64,000 nt of DNA from positions 4,803 to 68,802 of the forward strand of contig JANRLT010000053.1 in NCBI GenBank assembly GCA_033762255.1, given 5' to 3'. The DNA is from Pirellulales bacterium. GTDB taxonomy: Bacteria > Planctomycetota > Planctomycetia > Pirellulales > JALHPA01. Positions 36,886 through 46,668 of the stretch are shown in pieces (position 1 is the stretch's first letter; every line of letters starts with the position of its first letter). The position numbers and the translations under genes were made by a program. The notes below the pieces were generated by a model, which made no database searches, was not told the origin of the DNA, and saw only the letters and a list, made by a program, of their open reading frames with translations.

Positions 36886-37926
36886 ATGACGACGAAGGGC
36901 AGCGTCGACCCGCCGCTTCTGCGCCAATGGAAGCTGTTGCGCCTGCTGGGTGCCAGCCGACTGGGACGTACCGTCCGAGAATTGGCCGCGGACGCCAGTG
37001 TAAGCGAGAAAACGGTTCGCCGCGACTTGCTTACACTGGCGCAGGCGGGATTTCCTTTGACTGAAAAAACCGCCGACCACGGCAAAAAACTGTGGCGCAT
37101 CGAGTCCCGCGCCGGCGTCCCGGAATTTCGCATCACCTTTGACGAAGCCCTGGGCCTGTATCTGGCCCAACGGATGTTGGCCCCGCTGGCCGGTAGCGGT
37201 TTTTGGGAATCGGCCGAAAGCGCCCTCCAAAAAATCCGCGTCATGCTGGGGGATACCGCACTGCGCTACCTCGAACAGATGTCCGACGCGGTGCATGTAA
37301 CCCGCCGCGGCGGCAACTACGCCCACAAGGCGGCCCTGATCGACGAGTTATTGCAAGGCCTGGAAGATCGCCAAGTGGTGTGGCTAACGTACCGTTCGCA
37401 ACAAGCGACCGAGCCGGTCACGTATGATGTGCATCCTTATGGTTTGACCTGCCACCGGGGGGCGTTATATCTGATTGGTTTTGCCCCGCAGCACAACTCC
37501 ATCCGCACCTGGAAGATCGACCGCATCGAAAAGGTGGAACGGGATGTCATGCCCTTTACCCGCCCCCGGGACTTTAACATGGAGGACCACCTAGCGGGGA
37601 GCTTTGGCGTGTACCAGGAACATGCCCCGGTGCGGGTCGAGATTCGCTTTTTTCGCGAAGTCGCCCGCTATGTCCAGGAAACCCGCTGGCACGAAAGCCA
37701 GTCGCTTACCCCCCAGGCGGACGGCACGCTCTTGGCCACGTTCGACCTGACCAGCACGGCCGAGATCAAGCAATGGGCACTCAGTTTTGGCTCCCAGGCG
37801 GAGATTCTTGCTCCGGAGGAACTCCGCGCCGCGGTCAAGAAAGAGATTGAGACGCTGGCACAGCGGTATAGCGGAGCGGTGCACAAGCCGAAACCCCGTA
37901 GTAGGCACCGTCCCGGCGCCGTGTAA
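36886..37926 (+). CDS. HTH plus WYL-domain transcriptional regulator (YafY-like)
   Basis: N-terminal HTH LLRLLGASRLGRTVRELAADASVSEKTVRRDLLTLAQAGFPL. WYL block VVWLTYRSQQATEPVTYDVHPYGLTCHRGALYLIGF...RTWKIDRIEKV. The track ORF starts at 36733, but ATG 36886 (MTTKGS) is preferred. Confidence 0.75.
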   Translation: MTTKGSVDPPLLRQWKLLRLLGASRLGRTVRELAADASVSEKTVRRDLLTLAQAGFPLTEKTADHGKKLWRIESRAGVPEFRITFDEALGLYLAQRMLAPLAGSGFWESAESALQKIRVMLGDTALRYLEQMSDAVHVTRRGGNYAHKAALIDELLQGLEDRQVVWLTYRSQQATEPVTYDVHPYGLTCHRGALYLIGFAPQHNSIRTWKIDRIEKVERDVMPFTRPRDFNMEDHLAGSFGVYQEHAPVRVEIRFFREVARYVQETRWHESQSLTPQADGTLLATFDLTSTAEIKQWALSFGSQAEILAPEELRAAVKKEIETLAQRYSGAVHKPKPRSRHRPGAV

Positions 37927-38107
37927 AAGTTAAGCCACGACGCACAACGTGTTTTTCCGTACCGGCGAGTAAAACTCGCCGCCGCGGGCAAAATGGTCGC
38001 GGCGTCCCGCAGAATCACCCCCGGCGGCAACAGGGTCCGCGGAGCCTGGTACACCCAGAGGTGGAATTGGCACCCCTGGGTCAGAAACGACCGCAGGGTC
38101 CGGTTGT

Positions 38108-38272
38108 TCATCACACGGACTGTGATGAGGACAATGTTGTCCTCTCACTCCGTGAGAGGATACTGCGAGGGACAATTAACGGACTGTAAATTTATGACAA
38201 AATAGGAACTCTATCGGTAGTTCATCACAGGGACTGTGATGATTACATTTTTCATCACACGGAGTGTGTTGA
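38108..38272. repeat. Double-hairpin element (CACGGAGTG core), full copy plus two extra half units
   Basis: TCATCACACGGACTGTGATGA (38108-28) and CCTCTCACTCCGTGAGAGG (38141-59), with extra units at 38222-42 and 38252-72. The last unit overlaps the aminotransferase stop. Confidence 0.85.
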
Positions 38273-39745
38273 GGACAATGCCGCTGACACTTCCGCTGCC
38301 GCAATGGCCAAAATCTCCACCATCTGTTCCATTTCCGCCCGGGTGGTCACATACGGCGGCGCTAATTGAAATGTGTCACCCCGGACGCGGCTGATTAAAC
38401 CTCGTTCACGCGCGGCCCGTAACAACCGCTTTCCAAACCGCAGCTCAGGCGCAAATGGCGTATGGTCGCTGGTTAGCTCCCCTTGTGCATTGACAATCCC
38501 CCGCCGAGCCACGAACTCTACTCCCGCCAACAAACCCGCCGTGCGAATCTGGCCCACGTGCGCGTGCCCGGCAAATTTGGAACAAAGTAGCGATTGCAGT
38601 TCCTCGGCCAATTGCGCCGCGCGGGGGATCAATTGCTCGCGTTCAAGAAGCTCTAGATTGGCCAGCGCCACCGCGCAGCCCACCGGATGGGCGGAGGCCG
38701 TGACCGCGTGCCACCAGGCTTGATCCGGCGGAGCGGAGTGAATCTGTTCGGCCAGCAGCGGGCTCATTCCCATCCCGCCCAAGGGAAAATAGCCGCTGGT
38801 GATCCCCTTGGCCAGACAGACCATGTCGGGCGTGGCGCGTGCGTGCTGGACGGCCAACCAATGGTGGGAATGTTCAACGGTTGCCGTGCGGCCAAAACCG
38901 GTAATGACTTCATCGGCAATCCACAAGAGCTGGTAACGGTCACAAAGCTCTCGCACGCCATTCCAGTAACTCGGGTAAGGGACGTGGGTTCCTCCGGCTG
39001 CCCAGATCGGTTCGGCTAGGATTGCCGCCAGTTGACCGGGGCCGATCCGCACAATGGCCTGTTCGAGTTGTTTCAAATCTTGTGCGACGCATGGCGCGAT
39101 ATGCGCGGATGAGCCATCTTCGCCAAAAGGATCGACTGGTGGGTCGGAATACGTCACGTGCCATTCGGGCCGCGCGGGAGCGAATAGAATGTGCATTCCC
39201 GGCAACGTGGGGGCAAACATCGTCTGATAGGCGGCGCTGGCCGTCGCGCTGGCCGTGGCCAGCGATGTCCCATGATAAGCCTTGTCAAAGCATAAAAATT
39301 GCGTTTTGTCCGGATGGCCCAGCCGTCGCCAATAGTACCGCGCAGTTTTCAGGGCCGTCTCGACCGCCTCGTTCCCCCCGGTGGTAAAGAAAAACCGCCA
39401 ATCAGGTAACTTGAGCAACTGTTGCAGGTGTTCCGCCAGTTCGATGGCCCGGGGATGCGTGGCCCCGCAAAAACTGCTGCAAAACGCCAATTCCCGCATT
39501 TGCAGCGCGGCCGCGGCGGCCAGTTCCTCCCGCCCATGACCGACCAGCACATTCCATAGGCCCGACAGTCCGTCCAGATACCCGCGACCGTCGCTGTCAT
39601 AAAGCGTGGTCCCCGCTCCGCGCAGCCAGACCATTCCCTTGGCGGCCAGCTCGGCTTGATGTTGGGAATGGATCAGCGCGGCTTGATCACGGGCGAGGTA
39701 TTCGAGTTTAGCGGCGGGCGGCGTTTCCCGGGGCATATCGAGCAA
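38255..39745 (-). CDS. Class III (omega) PLP-dependent aminotransferase
   Basis: 496 aa: YLDGLSGLWNVLVGHGREEL, FTTGGNEAVETALK, WIADEVITGFGRTA and VCLAKGITSGYFPLGG (PLP lysine region). Confidence 0.85.
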   Translation of the reverse strand: MLDMPRETPPAAKLEYLARDQAALIHSQHQAELAAKGMVWLRGAGTTLYDSDGRGYLDGLSGLWNVLVGHGREELAAAAALQMRELAFCSSFCGATHPRAIELAEHLQQLLKLPDWRFFFTTGGNEAVETALKTARYYWRRLGHPDKTQFLCFDKAYHGTSLATASATASAAYQTMFAPTLPGMHILFAPARPEWHVTYSDPPVDPFGEDGSSAHIAPCVAQDLKQLEQAIVRIGPGQLAAILAEPIWAAGGTHVPYPSYWNGVRELCDRYQLLWIADEVITGFGRTATVEHSHHWLAVQHARATPDMVCLAKGITSGYFPLGGMGMSPLLAEQIHSAPPDQAWWHAVTASAHPVGCAVALANLELLEREQLIPRAAQLAEELQSLLCSKFAGHAHVGQIRTAGLLAGVEFVARRGIVNAQGELTSDHTPFAPELRFGKRLLRAARERGLISRVRGDTFQLAPPYVTTRAEMEQMVEILAIAAAEVSAALSSTHSV

Positions 39746-39751
39746 GACCGG

Positions 39752-40558
39752 TTACCACCCTTCCAGATTAAGCATTTTGCAAATGGTCGGCGCGCCGTAC
39801 CGCGCCCCGCCGGTCATGATGTGCAAATTTGGCAGGGGGCGGCATTCGCCCGGACTATGGGTGTGGCCGCACAGCACGGTAAACAAATGTTGTGGATGTT
39901 CGGCGGCGACTTCCAGCAGCGCCTCGCCCATAGCCAGGCAGGTAAAGTGGGGCGCCCATTCATCATCCGAGAGCGTCCCCTCGTGCCAACAGGCTTCGCG
40001 CAGCGGAGGGTAATGCGTGGCTACCAGAATATGCCCCGCCATCCGGCAGGCTAGCGGAAGTTGTGTCCGCAAGTGCTCGGCGCCTTCGAGGCCTAATTGC
40101 CGCAAGATAGGCCAGCGCGATAGTTTTGTATGGCCGCTTAATTCGGCGATCAGCTTGTAGTCATTCATCATGACCATCGAACGTTCATAATCTCCGACCC
40201 GGCCATCGGCCCAACCATCATGGCCGACCAGGGCCACACGGGGAGTCAAGGCCACCGGTTGGGCCAGGCTGGTTAAGTATTGCAATCGTGGCAGCCGCGT
40301 GGATAGTTCTGTGGCCGCGGCCCGAATCTCGCGAATGGAACCGCCGTAGTAATCGTGATTTCCCAGGACATAGTAAATGGGCTGCTTCCAACTGCGGCCC
40401 AACCATTCTAGCAGGGGGATCACCTCGTGGGCTTCACTAAAGTCCCCGGTGATAACAAACGCATCGGGCCGCTGCCGCTCCACCTGATTGAAAAACCATT
40501 CAATCCGATCAGCGGGTAAAAAGTTCAGATGCAGATCAGTCAACCAGGCCAAGCGCAT
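39752..40558 (-). CDS. Metallophosphoesterase (calcineurin-like)
   Basis: MRLAWLTDLHLNF, FVITGDFSE, VLGNHDYY and CGHTHSPG are the canonical D-x-H / GD / GNH[DE] / GH-x-H blocks. Confidence 0.8.
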   Translation of the reverse strand: MRLAWLTDLHLNFLPADRIEWFFNQVERQRPDAFVITGDFSEAHEVIPLLEWLGRSWKQPIYYVLGNHDYYGGSIREIRAAATELSTRLPRLQYLTSLAQPVALTPRVALVGHDGWADGRVGDYERSMVMMNDYKLIAELSGHTKLSRWPILRQLGLEGAEHLRTQLPLACRMAGHILVATHYPPLREACWHEGTLSDDEWAPHFTCLAMGEALLEVAAEHPQHLFTVLCGHTHSPGECRPLPNLHIMTGGARYGAPTICKMLNLEGW

Positions 40559-40600
40559 GGAAATTTTATAGCTTTCTTGTTAGTTAAATACGTACGAGTA

Positions 40601-41794
40601 TCACGACCCAAAGTCGCGCACAAACTGGTACACAATCTCGCTAGCCAGGTCCAATTGATCCACGCTGACCCATTCGTCCGCGGTATGCGCCTGCGCGATG
40701 CTTCCGGGACCAAACACCACCGTGGGGACCAAATGCCCAAAGGCCGCGGCGTCGGTGCCGTAGCTAACACCCTGGATTTGGGGCTTGGCGCGTAACGTCC
40801 GTTGCACGGTCGCCGCCAGGCCGCGCGCCAAGGGGCCATTGATTTTATCCGACAACCCCGCGCTTTGCATAAATGGCGGCTCATGCAGCACATGCCCCGG
40901 ATCAAAGGCCTGTCGGGTGATCCATTCGACCACTTGTTGATACGCGGCCAAGGGGTCGTCGCCGGGCAGGATGCGCCGGTCAAGTTCCAACACGCATTCA
41001 TCCGGCACTGTATTGACGCTGACTCCACCGTGGATCGTCCCCGCGCTCAACGATGGCCGGCCGCATAATGGATGCTGACCTAGCGTGGGCACCACATCAT
41101 GCTGGTAACGCTTTAACGCCCAGAGGATCGGCCCCATGCGGTAGATGGCGTTATCTCCTAGCTCCGGCAGGGAGCTATGCGCCGCCCGGCCGGTGGTTTT
41201 TACCCGCCAGCGGACCACACCCCGGTGGGCCACGACAATATTCAGCTCGGTTGGCTCGGTGACAATAACCGCATCGGGACAACGGGGCAAAACGTCGGGG
41301 CGGGTTTTGGTCCAGAGTTCAACCAGGCCCTTGGCCCCGGTAAAGCCGTATTCCTCATTGACGGTGCAGGCCAGCACGACCGTGGGGCGGATGGCGGGCT
41401 GTTCCCGTATTAGGCGTTCCAGCACCGCCAGCAGAGTGGCCATCCCACCTTTGATGTCGCAGGCCCCGCGGCCATGCAGGCGGCCATTTTTTACCACGGG
41501 CCGCCAGGGGTCGATGGTCATGCCGCTGACGGGGACGGTGTCTTGATGCGCTTCTAAAAGGAGTAGCTTACCCCCTTGCGTGGGTTCCTGGCTCCCCGGG
41601 ATCACAGTAAGAAAGTTGTCCCGCAAAGGGGCGATTGGCTGTCGCAGCCACTGCAAACCGTGACTTTGGGCGAAATTTTGCAGATAATCGGTTAGTCGAT
41701 GCTCAAAATACTCCTCACCGGATGATTCGCCACCCATGGGATTTACACTGGGGATGGCGACCAAATCACGGGCATATTCCAAGACATGAGACAT
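40601..41794 (-). CDS. M20-family metallopeptidase (ArgE/DapE/acetylornithine deacetylase-like)
   Basis: LVAIPSVNP, LLLEAHQDTVP and GRGACDIKGG. The 397-aa length is typical for the family. Confidence 0.85.
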   Translation of the reverse strand: MSHVLEYARDLVAIPSVNPMGGESSGEEYFEHRLTDYLQNFAQSHGLQWLRQPIAPLRDNFLTVIPGSQEPTQGGKLLLLEAHQDTVPVSGMTIDPWRPVVKNGRLHGRGACDIKGGMATLLAVLERLIREQPAIRPTVVLACTVNEEYGFTGAKGLVELWTKTRPDVLPRCPDAVIVTEPTELNIVVAHRGVVRWRVKTTGRAAHSSLPELGDNAIYRMGPILWALKRYQHDVVPTLGQHPLCGRPSLSAGTIHGGVSVNTVPDECVLELDRRILPGDDPLAAYQQVVEWITRQAFDPGHVLHEPPFMQSAGLSDKINGPLARGLAATVQRTLRAKPQIQGVSYGTDAAAFGHLVPTVVFGPGSIAQAHTADEWVSVDQLDLASEIVYQFVRDFGS

Positions 41795-41955
41795 TTAATC
41801 ATGGTTTGCGGGTTGCCGCAGATGAGCGTTTTAACTTTTTCGTGTAATGCAAGTCTATCGTGTCCTGAATTAATGGGCAATTACTCGTGAAACTGCCAAT
41901 AATCGCATAACATTTGAGTTTTTTTGCGATTTACCGCAATCTGCAATGGGGACGC

Positions 41956-41983
41956 TTTACATTCTTTGTGGATCAACTAGTAT
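41956..41983 (+). promoter_or_regulatory. Sigma-70-like promoter candidate about 50 nt upstream of the orphan terminator
   Basis: TTTACA, a 16-nt spacer, then TAGTAT. Confidence 0.3.
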
Positions 41984-42010
41984 GAAAAGTGAGGCGGGTC
42001 AAACCGCATC

Positions 42011-42051
42011 GCCCTTTGCAAGTTCCTGCCCCACTTGCAAGGGGTTTTTTT
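42011..42051 (+). terminator. Orphan intrinsic terminator in the M20/nuoA divergent spacer
   Basis: GCCCTTTGCAAG-(11-nt loop)-CTTGCAAGGGG forms an 11-12 bp stem with G:U wobble pair(s), followed by TTTTTTT. No annotated plus-strand gene lies upstream. Confidence 0.55.
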
Positions 42052-42581
42052 ATGCACGGTTTTCATATAGCCCGTTGCCATTCGCCGATCGTCAGCATTT
42101 ATGCACGTGATGATAGGTCGAAAGCAAATTAATTTTACTTATTGCAATGAGCTGGCGAGAAGGATGATTCTTACTCAAATGACCTTTATGTAACATCTTT
42201 AGCCGCAAAGAGTGGACATATTTATCTAAATTACGGCTGTTTCGCGTTAGTCTCATTTTGTGGCAAGAATCAACTCTTACGCTAGAATTCTGCGGTCGCT
42301 TGACGCAACTCTTGGAAAAGCATTAGGATACAAGCGATTTACATTGGCCGTCCCCGACGACTGCTTTCCAGGTCCGGGAGCCTATTTTCCCTGTGTCGTC
42401 GCATTTTTTTGTTGCGGGAGACATTGTGACAAGATTCACAAAGTAACCCAAGGCTCAGTGGAAAGATGCGCGCGGATCCCTTTTGATCTGGAACGGCATT
42501 CGTGGCTCGTGCCGATTGTGACTTTGTGATTTTATCAATGACCTTCCCGGACCTTCCCGCCTATCGTGTGATGACCTGATC

Positions 42582-42977
42582 ATGGAGCAGATCCTCCCTA
42601 TTTTTTTGTTTATTGTGATTGCGGCGGGATTGGCCGTGTCCATGTTAACGGTCGGCAGTTTGGTCGGTCCCGCGCGTAACAGCCGAATGAAGGAGATGCC
42701 CTATGAAAGCGGCATGGATCCAATTCATGACACGCGGCGACGATTTGATATTCACTTTCATTTGGTGGCCATCGCGTTTTTAATTTTTGACGTGGAATTG
42801 CTCTTTTTGTATCCCTGGGCGGTAGCCAGCCGCAACCCGGCGGGAATTCCTTTGGCGGTGGAAAATGGCTGGGTCGAGAGCCGGGGGTTGGTCTTTGGCG
42901 AAGTCATGGTTTTTATTGCCTTATTAACGCTGGGATTTGTCTATGCCTGGCGCAAGGGGGTGTTCCGATGGCGCTAG
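42582..42977 (+). CDS. nuoA: NADH-quinone oxidoreductase subunit A
   Basis: 131 aa, 3 [10 protein letters not shown] and [15 protein letters not shown] motifs. Confidence 0.9.
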   Translation: MEQILPIFLFIVIAAGLAVSMLTVGSLVGPARNSRMKEMPYESGMDPIHDTRRRFDIHFHLVAIAFLIFDVELLFLYPWAVASRNPAGIPLAVENGWVESRGLVFGEVMVFIALLTLGFVYAWRKGVFRWR

Positions 42978-43534
42978 AGTTACCGGAAAATGTGGTCATT
43001 AGCAAACTAGATGCCCTGGCCAGTTGGTGTCGCAAGAACAGCCTGTGGCCGATGCCCTTTGCCACGGCCTGCTGCGGCATCGAACTGATGGCGACCGGCG
43101 CCAGCAAGCACGATTTGGCCCGGTTTGGAGCGGAGGTTTTTCGGTTTAGCCCACGCCAGTGCGATCTGATGATCGTGGCGGGAAGGGTCGTCATGAAAAT
43201 GCTGCCCGTCCTGCAGCGTATTTGGTCGCAAATGCACGAACCGAAATGGTGCATCAGCATGGGGGCCTGCGCCAGCACGGGAGGGGTGTTTGACACCTAC
43301 AGCGTAGTTCAAGGGATCGACCGTTTTTTGCCGGTCGACATGTACGTCCCCGGCTGTCCCCCCCGCCCGGAACAATTGATTCAGTCGATTATTGATTTAC
43401 AGGACAAAATCCAGCGCGAGGGGACGATTAGCGGACGGGAATTTACCACCGCCGCGCGTCAACAGCCCAAGCGGGCACTGGTTGAGGTGGCCGCCGCCTC
43501 GCAACTGGACAGTGCGCGGAATCCAGTTTTTTAA
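42968..43534 (+). CDS. nuoB: NADH-quinone oxidoreductase subunit B
   Basis: [38 protein letters not shown] and VPGCPPRPE (N2 cluster cysteines). Confidence 0.95.
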   Translation: MALELPENVVISKLDALASWCRKNSLWPMPFATACCGIELMATGASKHDLARFGAEVFRFSPRQCDLMIVAGRVVMKMLPVLQRIWSQMHEPKWCISMGACASTGGVFDTYSVVQGIDRFLPVDMYVPGCPPRPEQLIQSIIDLQDKIQREGTISGREFTTAARQQPKRALVEVAAASQLDSARNPVF

Positions 43535-43647
43535 TGAGAGGCCGGTCGGGGGCAGGGCGGTTTGGGTAGAGGCGCTAGCCCGACAACGGGAAAAGTCCCG
43601 CTCCACGGAGAAGGCCGGGCTTTCCATTTAATTGTAGAACTTTTCTG

Positions 43648-44163
43648 ATGGTAAACACGATGCCTATGGCCAGTCCGGGGACGATAACCGCATTAACAGC
43701 CAAATTTCCCCTGGTGATTAAAAGCGAGTTTCGCGGCGAAACCCGGGTGGTTTTGCCCGTGGAGCAATTGCTAGAGATCATGGGTTTTTTGAAAGGGGAA
43801 TTGGGTTTTGACTATTTGGTCGACATTACTTGCGTGGATTATTTGAACTATCGCGACGCACGCGACCGCTTTGGCCTGGTGTATTTACTCAGTAATATTA
43901 GCGCCAACGAGCGATTAACGGCGCGGGTGTACCTGAACGAGCCAAATTTGACCGTCCCCAGCGTGGTGCCATTGTGGGAGGGGGCGAATTGGCTGGAACG
44001 AGAAGTTTATGACATGTTCGGGATTGTGTTTGACGGGCATCCGGACTTGCGGCGGATTCTTTGTCCCGAGGAGTTCACGGCCTACCCCCTGAGAAAAGAT
44101 TATCCCATGCAGGGTCGCGGAGAGCGGCACAACTTTATGCGCTTGGGACGGGATGAAACCTGA
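43648..44163 (+). CDS. nuoC: NADH-quinone oxidoreductase subunit C
   Basis: [24 protein letters not shown] and YPLRKDYP. Confidence 0.9.
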   Translation: MVNTMPMASPGTITALTAKFPLVIKSEFRGETRVVLPVEQLLEIMGFLKGELGFDYLVDITCVDYLNYRDARDRFGLVYLLSNISANERLTARVYLNEPNLTVPSVVPLWEGANWLEREVYDMFGIVFDGHPDLRRILCPEEFTAYPLRKDYPMQGRGERHNFMRLGRDET

Positions 44164-44200
44164 GGGGAATGCAGAAGTAAAAATGCAGAATGCAGAATTT
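44164..44200. repeat. Left inverted-repeat arm flanking the four-helix-bundle cassette (AATGCAGAA x3)
   Basis: GGGGAATGCAGAAGTAAAAATGCAGAATGCAGAATTT starts 1 nt after the nuoC stop. Confidence 0.8.
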
Positions 44201-44231
44201 TTGAAGCAGACTTATTTCCAGTTTTAGATTC

Positions 44232-44612
44232 ATGCGAGCAACAATCATGCAAAAATCGACTCAAAACCATGATTTGCAAGTCCGCACCAAGCACTTGGCT
44301 TTGCGGATTATGACGCTATATACCGCACTTCCTAAAACCACGATCGCTGATGTGTTAGGCAAGCAAGTTTTACGCAGCGGCACATCCGTGGGCGCGCAAT
44401 TTCGCGAGGCGTGCCGCGCTCGCAGTCGGGCGGAATTTGTAAGCAAGCTTAATAGCTCTCTGCAGGAATTGGATGAAACCGGATATTGGTTGGAATTGTT
44501 AGTGGAGGGCAAAATTGTCAAAGAAACGAAATTGTCCTTATTGATTCAAGAAGTGGAGGAATTGACCGCCATCTTTGTGAAATCGATAAAAACCGCGAAA
44601 TACACCAGTTAA
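44232..44612 (+). CDS. Four-helix-bundle protein (23S rRNA intervening-sequence protein / Avd-like family) inserted between nuoC and nuoD
   Basis: LQVRTKHLALRIMTLYTALPKTTIADVLGKQVLRSGTSVGAQFREACRARSRAEFVSKLNSSLQELDETGYWLELL matches the family pattern (Q..RsatSi.aN..EA..a.S..dF..Kl.i...E..Et.yWL.ll). The start may be ATG 44247. Confidence 0.75.
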   Translation: MRATIMQKSTQNHDLQVRTKHLALRIMTLYTALPKTTIADVLGKQVLRSGTSVGAQFREACRARSRAEFVSKLNSSLQELDETGYWLELLVEGKIVKETKLSLLIQEVEELTAIFVKSIKTAKYTS

Positions 44613-44635
44613 GTTACCTTTACTTGTATTTCTTC

Positions 44636-44674
44636 GCCATTCTGCATTCATCATTCATCATTCTGCATTTGCCC
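44636..44674. repeat. Right inverted-repeat arm (TTCTGCATT x2 ... GCCCC)
   Basis: GCCATTCTGCATTCATCATTCATCATTCTGCATTTGCCCC has the reverse complement GGGGCAAATGCAGAATGATGAATGATGAATGCAGAATGGC. It ends 2 nt before the nuoD ATG. Confidence 0.8.
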
Positions 44675-44675
44675 C

Positions 44676-45905
44676 ATGCCTTCCCTTGCCACGCCTCCCG
44701 CGACCCAAAACCTGGCCCATGACGAGCCGGTGGATTATTTGTGGACCTTGAATTTTGGGCCACAGCATCCGGCGACGCATACCACGTTGCGATTGGTCAT
44801 CAAGCTGGATGGCGAGCGCGTGGTGGACGCCATGCCGGATATCGGCTATTTGCATTCCGGGTTTGAAAAGATTGGCGAGCACCTGGACTACAATCAGTAT
44901 GTGACCATCACCGATCGGATGAATTACATTTCACCGGTGGCGAATGGAATCGCGTGGCATAGCGCGGTCGAAAAACTGCTGGGAATCGAGATCACCCCCC
45001 GCTGCCGCTACATTCGCACGATTCTGGCGGAATTGGCGCGGATCAGCGATCATTTGCTATGCAACGGCGCGGTGGGGTTGGACACGGGGGCGTTCACGTT
45101 TTTCTTGTACGCGTTTAACCAACGCGAAGTGATCTACGATATCCAGGAAACGCTCTCCGGCCAACGTTTTCATCCCAGTTACACCCGGGTGGGTGGTTTG
45201 ATGTACGATATGACCCCCCTGGTTGTGGAAAAAATTCGCAAGTTTTGCCGCGAGTTTCCCAAAACCCTGGAGGACATGGAAAAGCTGCTCAATCGCAACA
45301 AGATTTTTCATGATCGCACGCGCGGCGTGGGCGTGCTGACCAAGGAGCAGGCGATTAATCGCAGCGCCAGCGGACCAATCGCGCGGGCCAGCGGCGTGAC
45401 CCGGGACCTGCGCAAGGACGAACCGTATTTGGCGTATCCGGATTTTGATTTTAAAATATGCTGCGCGACGGCGGGGGACTGCTTTAGCCGCTACTTGGTT
45501 CGGATGGCCGAGATGCGGGAGAGCCTGCGGATTATCAAAGCCGCCATTGAAAATATTCCCCCCGGCCCCCACAGCGTGGCCCCGGGCGAACGCACGACTT
45601 TACCCGAGAAACGCATGGTGTACTCCACCATCGAGGGGACGATCTCGCATTTTGAGTTGGTCATGAGCAACCGCGGCTTTGAAGTTCCGCGGGAGGAAGT
45701 TTACGCGGCCAACGAGACGGCGAACGGCGAATTGGGCTTTTATATCTCAGGGGACGGTACCGATGTCGCCTACCGGGCGCGCACCCGACCCCCCAGCTAC
45801 ATCCACTTTGCCATGTTTCCCCATTTGATCCGGGGTCATACGTTGTCCGACATCGTGGCGGTGCTGGGCAGTTTGAACATCATCGCGGCGGAACTGGATC
45901 GGTAG
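44676..45905 (+). CDS. nuoD: NADH-quinone oxidoreductase subunit D
   Basis: LNFGPQHPATHTTLRL, IGYLHSGFEKIGE and a C-terminal IIAAELDR. Confidence 0.95.
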   Translation: MPSLATPPATQNLAHDEPVDYLWTLNFGPQHPATHTTLRLVIKLDGERVVDAMPDIGYLHSGFEKIGEHLDYNQYVTITDRMNYISPVANGIAWHSAVEKLLGIEITPRCRYIRTILAELARISDHLLCNGAVGLDTGAFTFFLYAFNQREVIYDIQETLSGQRFHPSYTRVGGLMYDMTPLVVEKIRKFCREFPKTLEDMEKLLNRNKIFHDRTRGVGVLTKEQAINRSASGPIARASGVTRDLRKDEPYLAYPDFDFKICCATAGDCFSRYLVRMAEMRESLRIIKAAIENIPPGPHSVAPGERTTLPEKRMVYSTIEGTISHFELVMSNRGFEVPREEVYAANETANGELGFYISGDGTDVAYRARTRPPSYIHFAMFPHLIRGHTLSDIVAVLGSLNIIAAELDR

Positions 45906-45911
45906 TATATC

Positions 45912-46094
45912 ATGGTCAAAATTGAAGGCAGTTCGCCGCTTGAAAAATTTGAAAAACGATTCTTCAAAAATGAATCGCATCATGTTGTGTTTAGTTTGTA
46001 CGCAAGAAGCATTCAATCAACGGACATATTAGAATTCTGTCAAGACTATGTGGAGTGTGTTGATTACTGGAGAGAAGGATTGTGTCAAGTTTAG
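45912..46094 (+). CDS. Small AT-rich ORF of unknown function (doubtful)
   Basis: 60-aa ORF beginning 7 nt after the nuoD stop. No motif recognised. It is listed only because it sits in the inserted nuoD-nuoE segment. Confidence 0.2.
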   Translation: MVKIEGSSPLEKFEKRFFKNESHHVVFSLYARSIQSTDILEFCQDYVECVDYWREGLCQV

Positions 46095-46146
46095 CCAAAA
46101 GTGAGTGCCAGTTCACAATAACAGATTGTTAGCCGAGTTCGCGCGT

Positions 46147-46668
46147 ATGAAGATTTGCACGCTTACATCGACACTACTGATTATGGGATTCCTCAGCTTG
46201 CTCGGTTGCTCGAAACTCAACGACGCGCCGCAGGAACAGCAGAAGGTGTCGGCATTGTCACAGGCAGACGTTGAGCGCCTCGACAAGCAGCGAGCCATCA
46301 TCACGCAATTTGTGGCGGACGAGGATTCGAGAGCCAAATATCAGAAGGTCGCAGGCAAGCTCGGCACTTTACAAGCGATTCTCAACCAGAAGGAGTTCCA
46401 GCCGTCACAAACCTACGAGCTTCAGTGTATGGGCGCAGTTCTCGGAGACGCATTTGTTCAGGAGATGGGGATGGAGTGGGTCATGGTCGAGGACGAGCAT
46501 GGCACTGACCCAGCAGTGCGATTGCCAGGCACGACCATTATCATTTTCCCGCTCACGATGATTTCCAAGCGAGTCGAGCGGGGCGAGACTTTTGACGTTT
46601 TCGACCTATTCAACGGAATTGCAGACAAGATTGATCAGCTCAAGAAGACAGCAGATAAAACAAAATGA
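46147..46668 (+). CDS. Putative lipoprotein of unknown function inserted between nuoD and nuoE
   Basis: MKICTLTSTLLIMGFLSLLGCSKL is a signal peptide with a lipobox (LLGC). About 150 aa of soluble domain follow (possibly DUF3806-like, from memory only). The track ORF starts at 46105. Confidence 0.55.
   Translation: MKICTLTSTLLIMGFLSLLGCSKLNDAPQEQQKVSALSQADVERLDKQRAIITQFVADEDSRAKYQKVAGKLGTLQAILNQKEFQPSQTYELQCMGAVLGDAFVQEMGMEWVMVEDEHGTDPAVRLPGTTIIIFPLTMISKRVERGETFDVFDLFNGIADKIDQLKKTADKTK

Noticed and set aside
42260-42529. 89-aa ORF in the spacer upstream of nuoA
   Set aside because: It has a non-ATG start, no motif and AT-rich leader-like sequence, so it is more likely a 5' UTR or promoter region.
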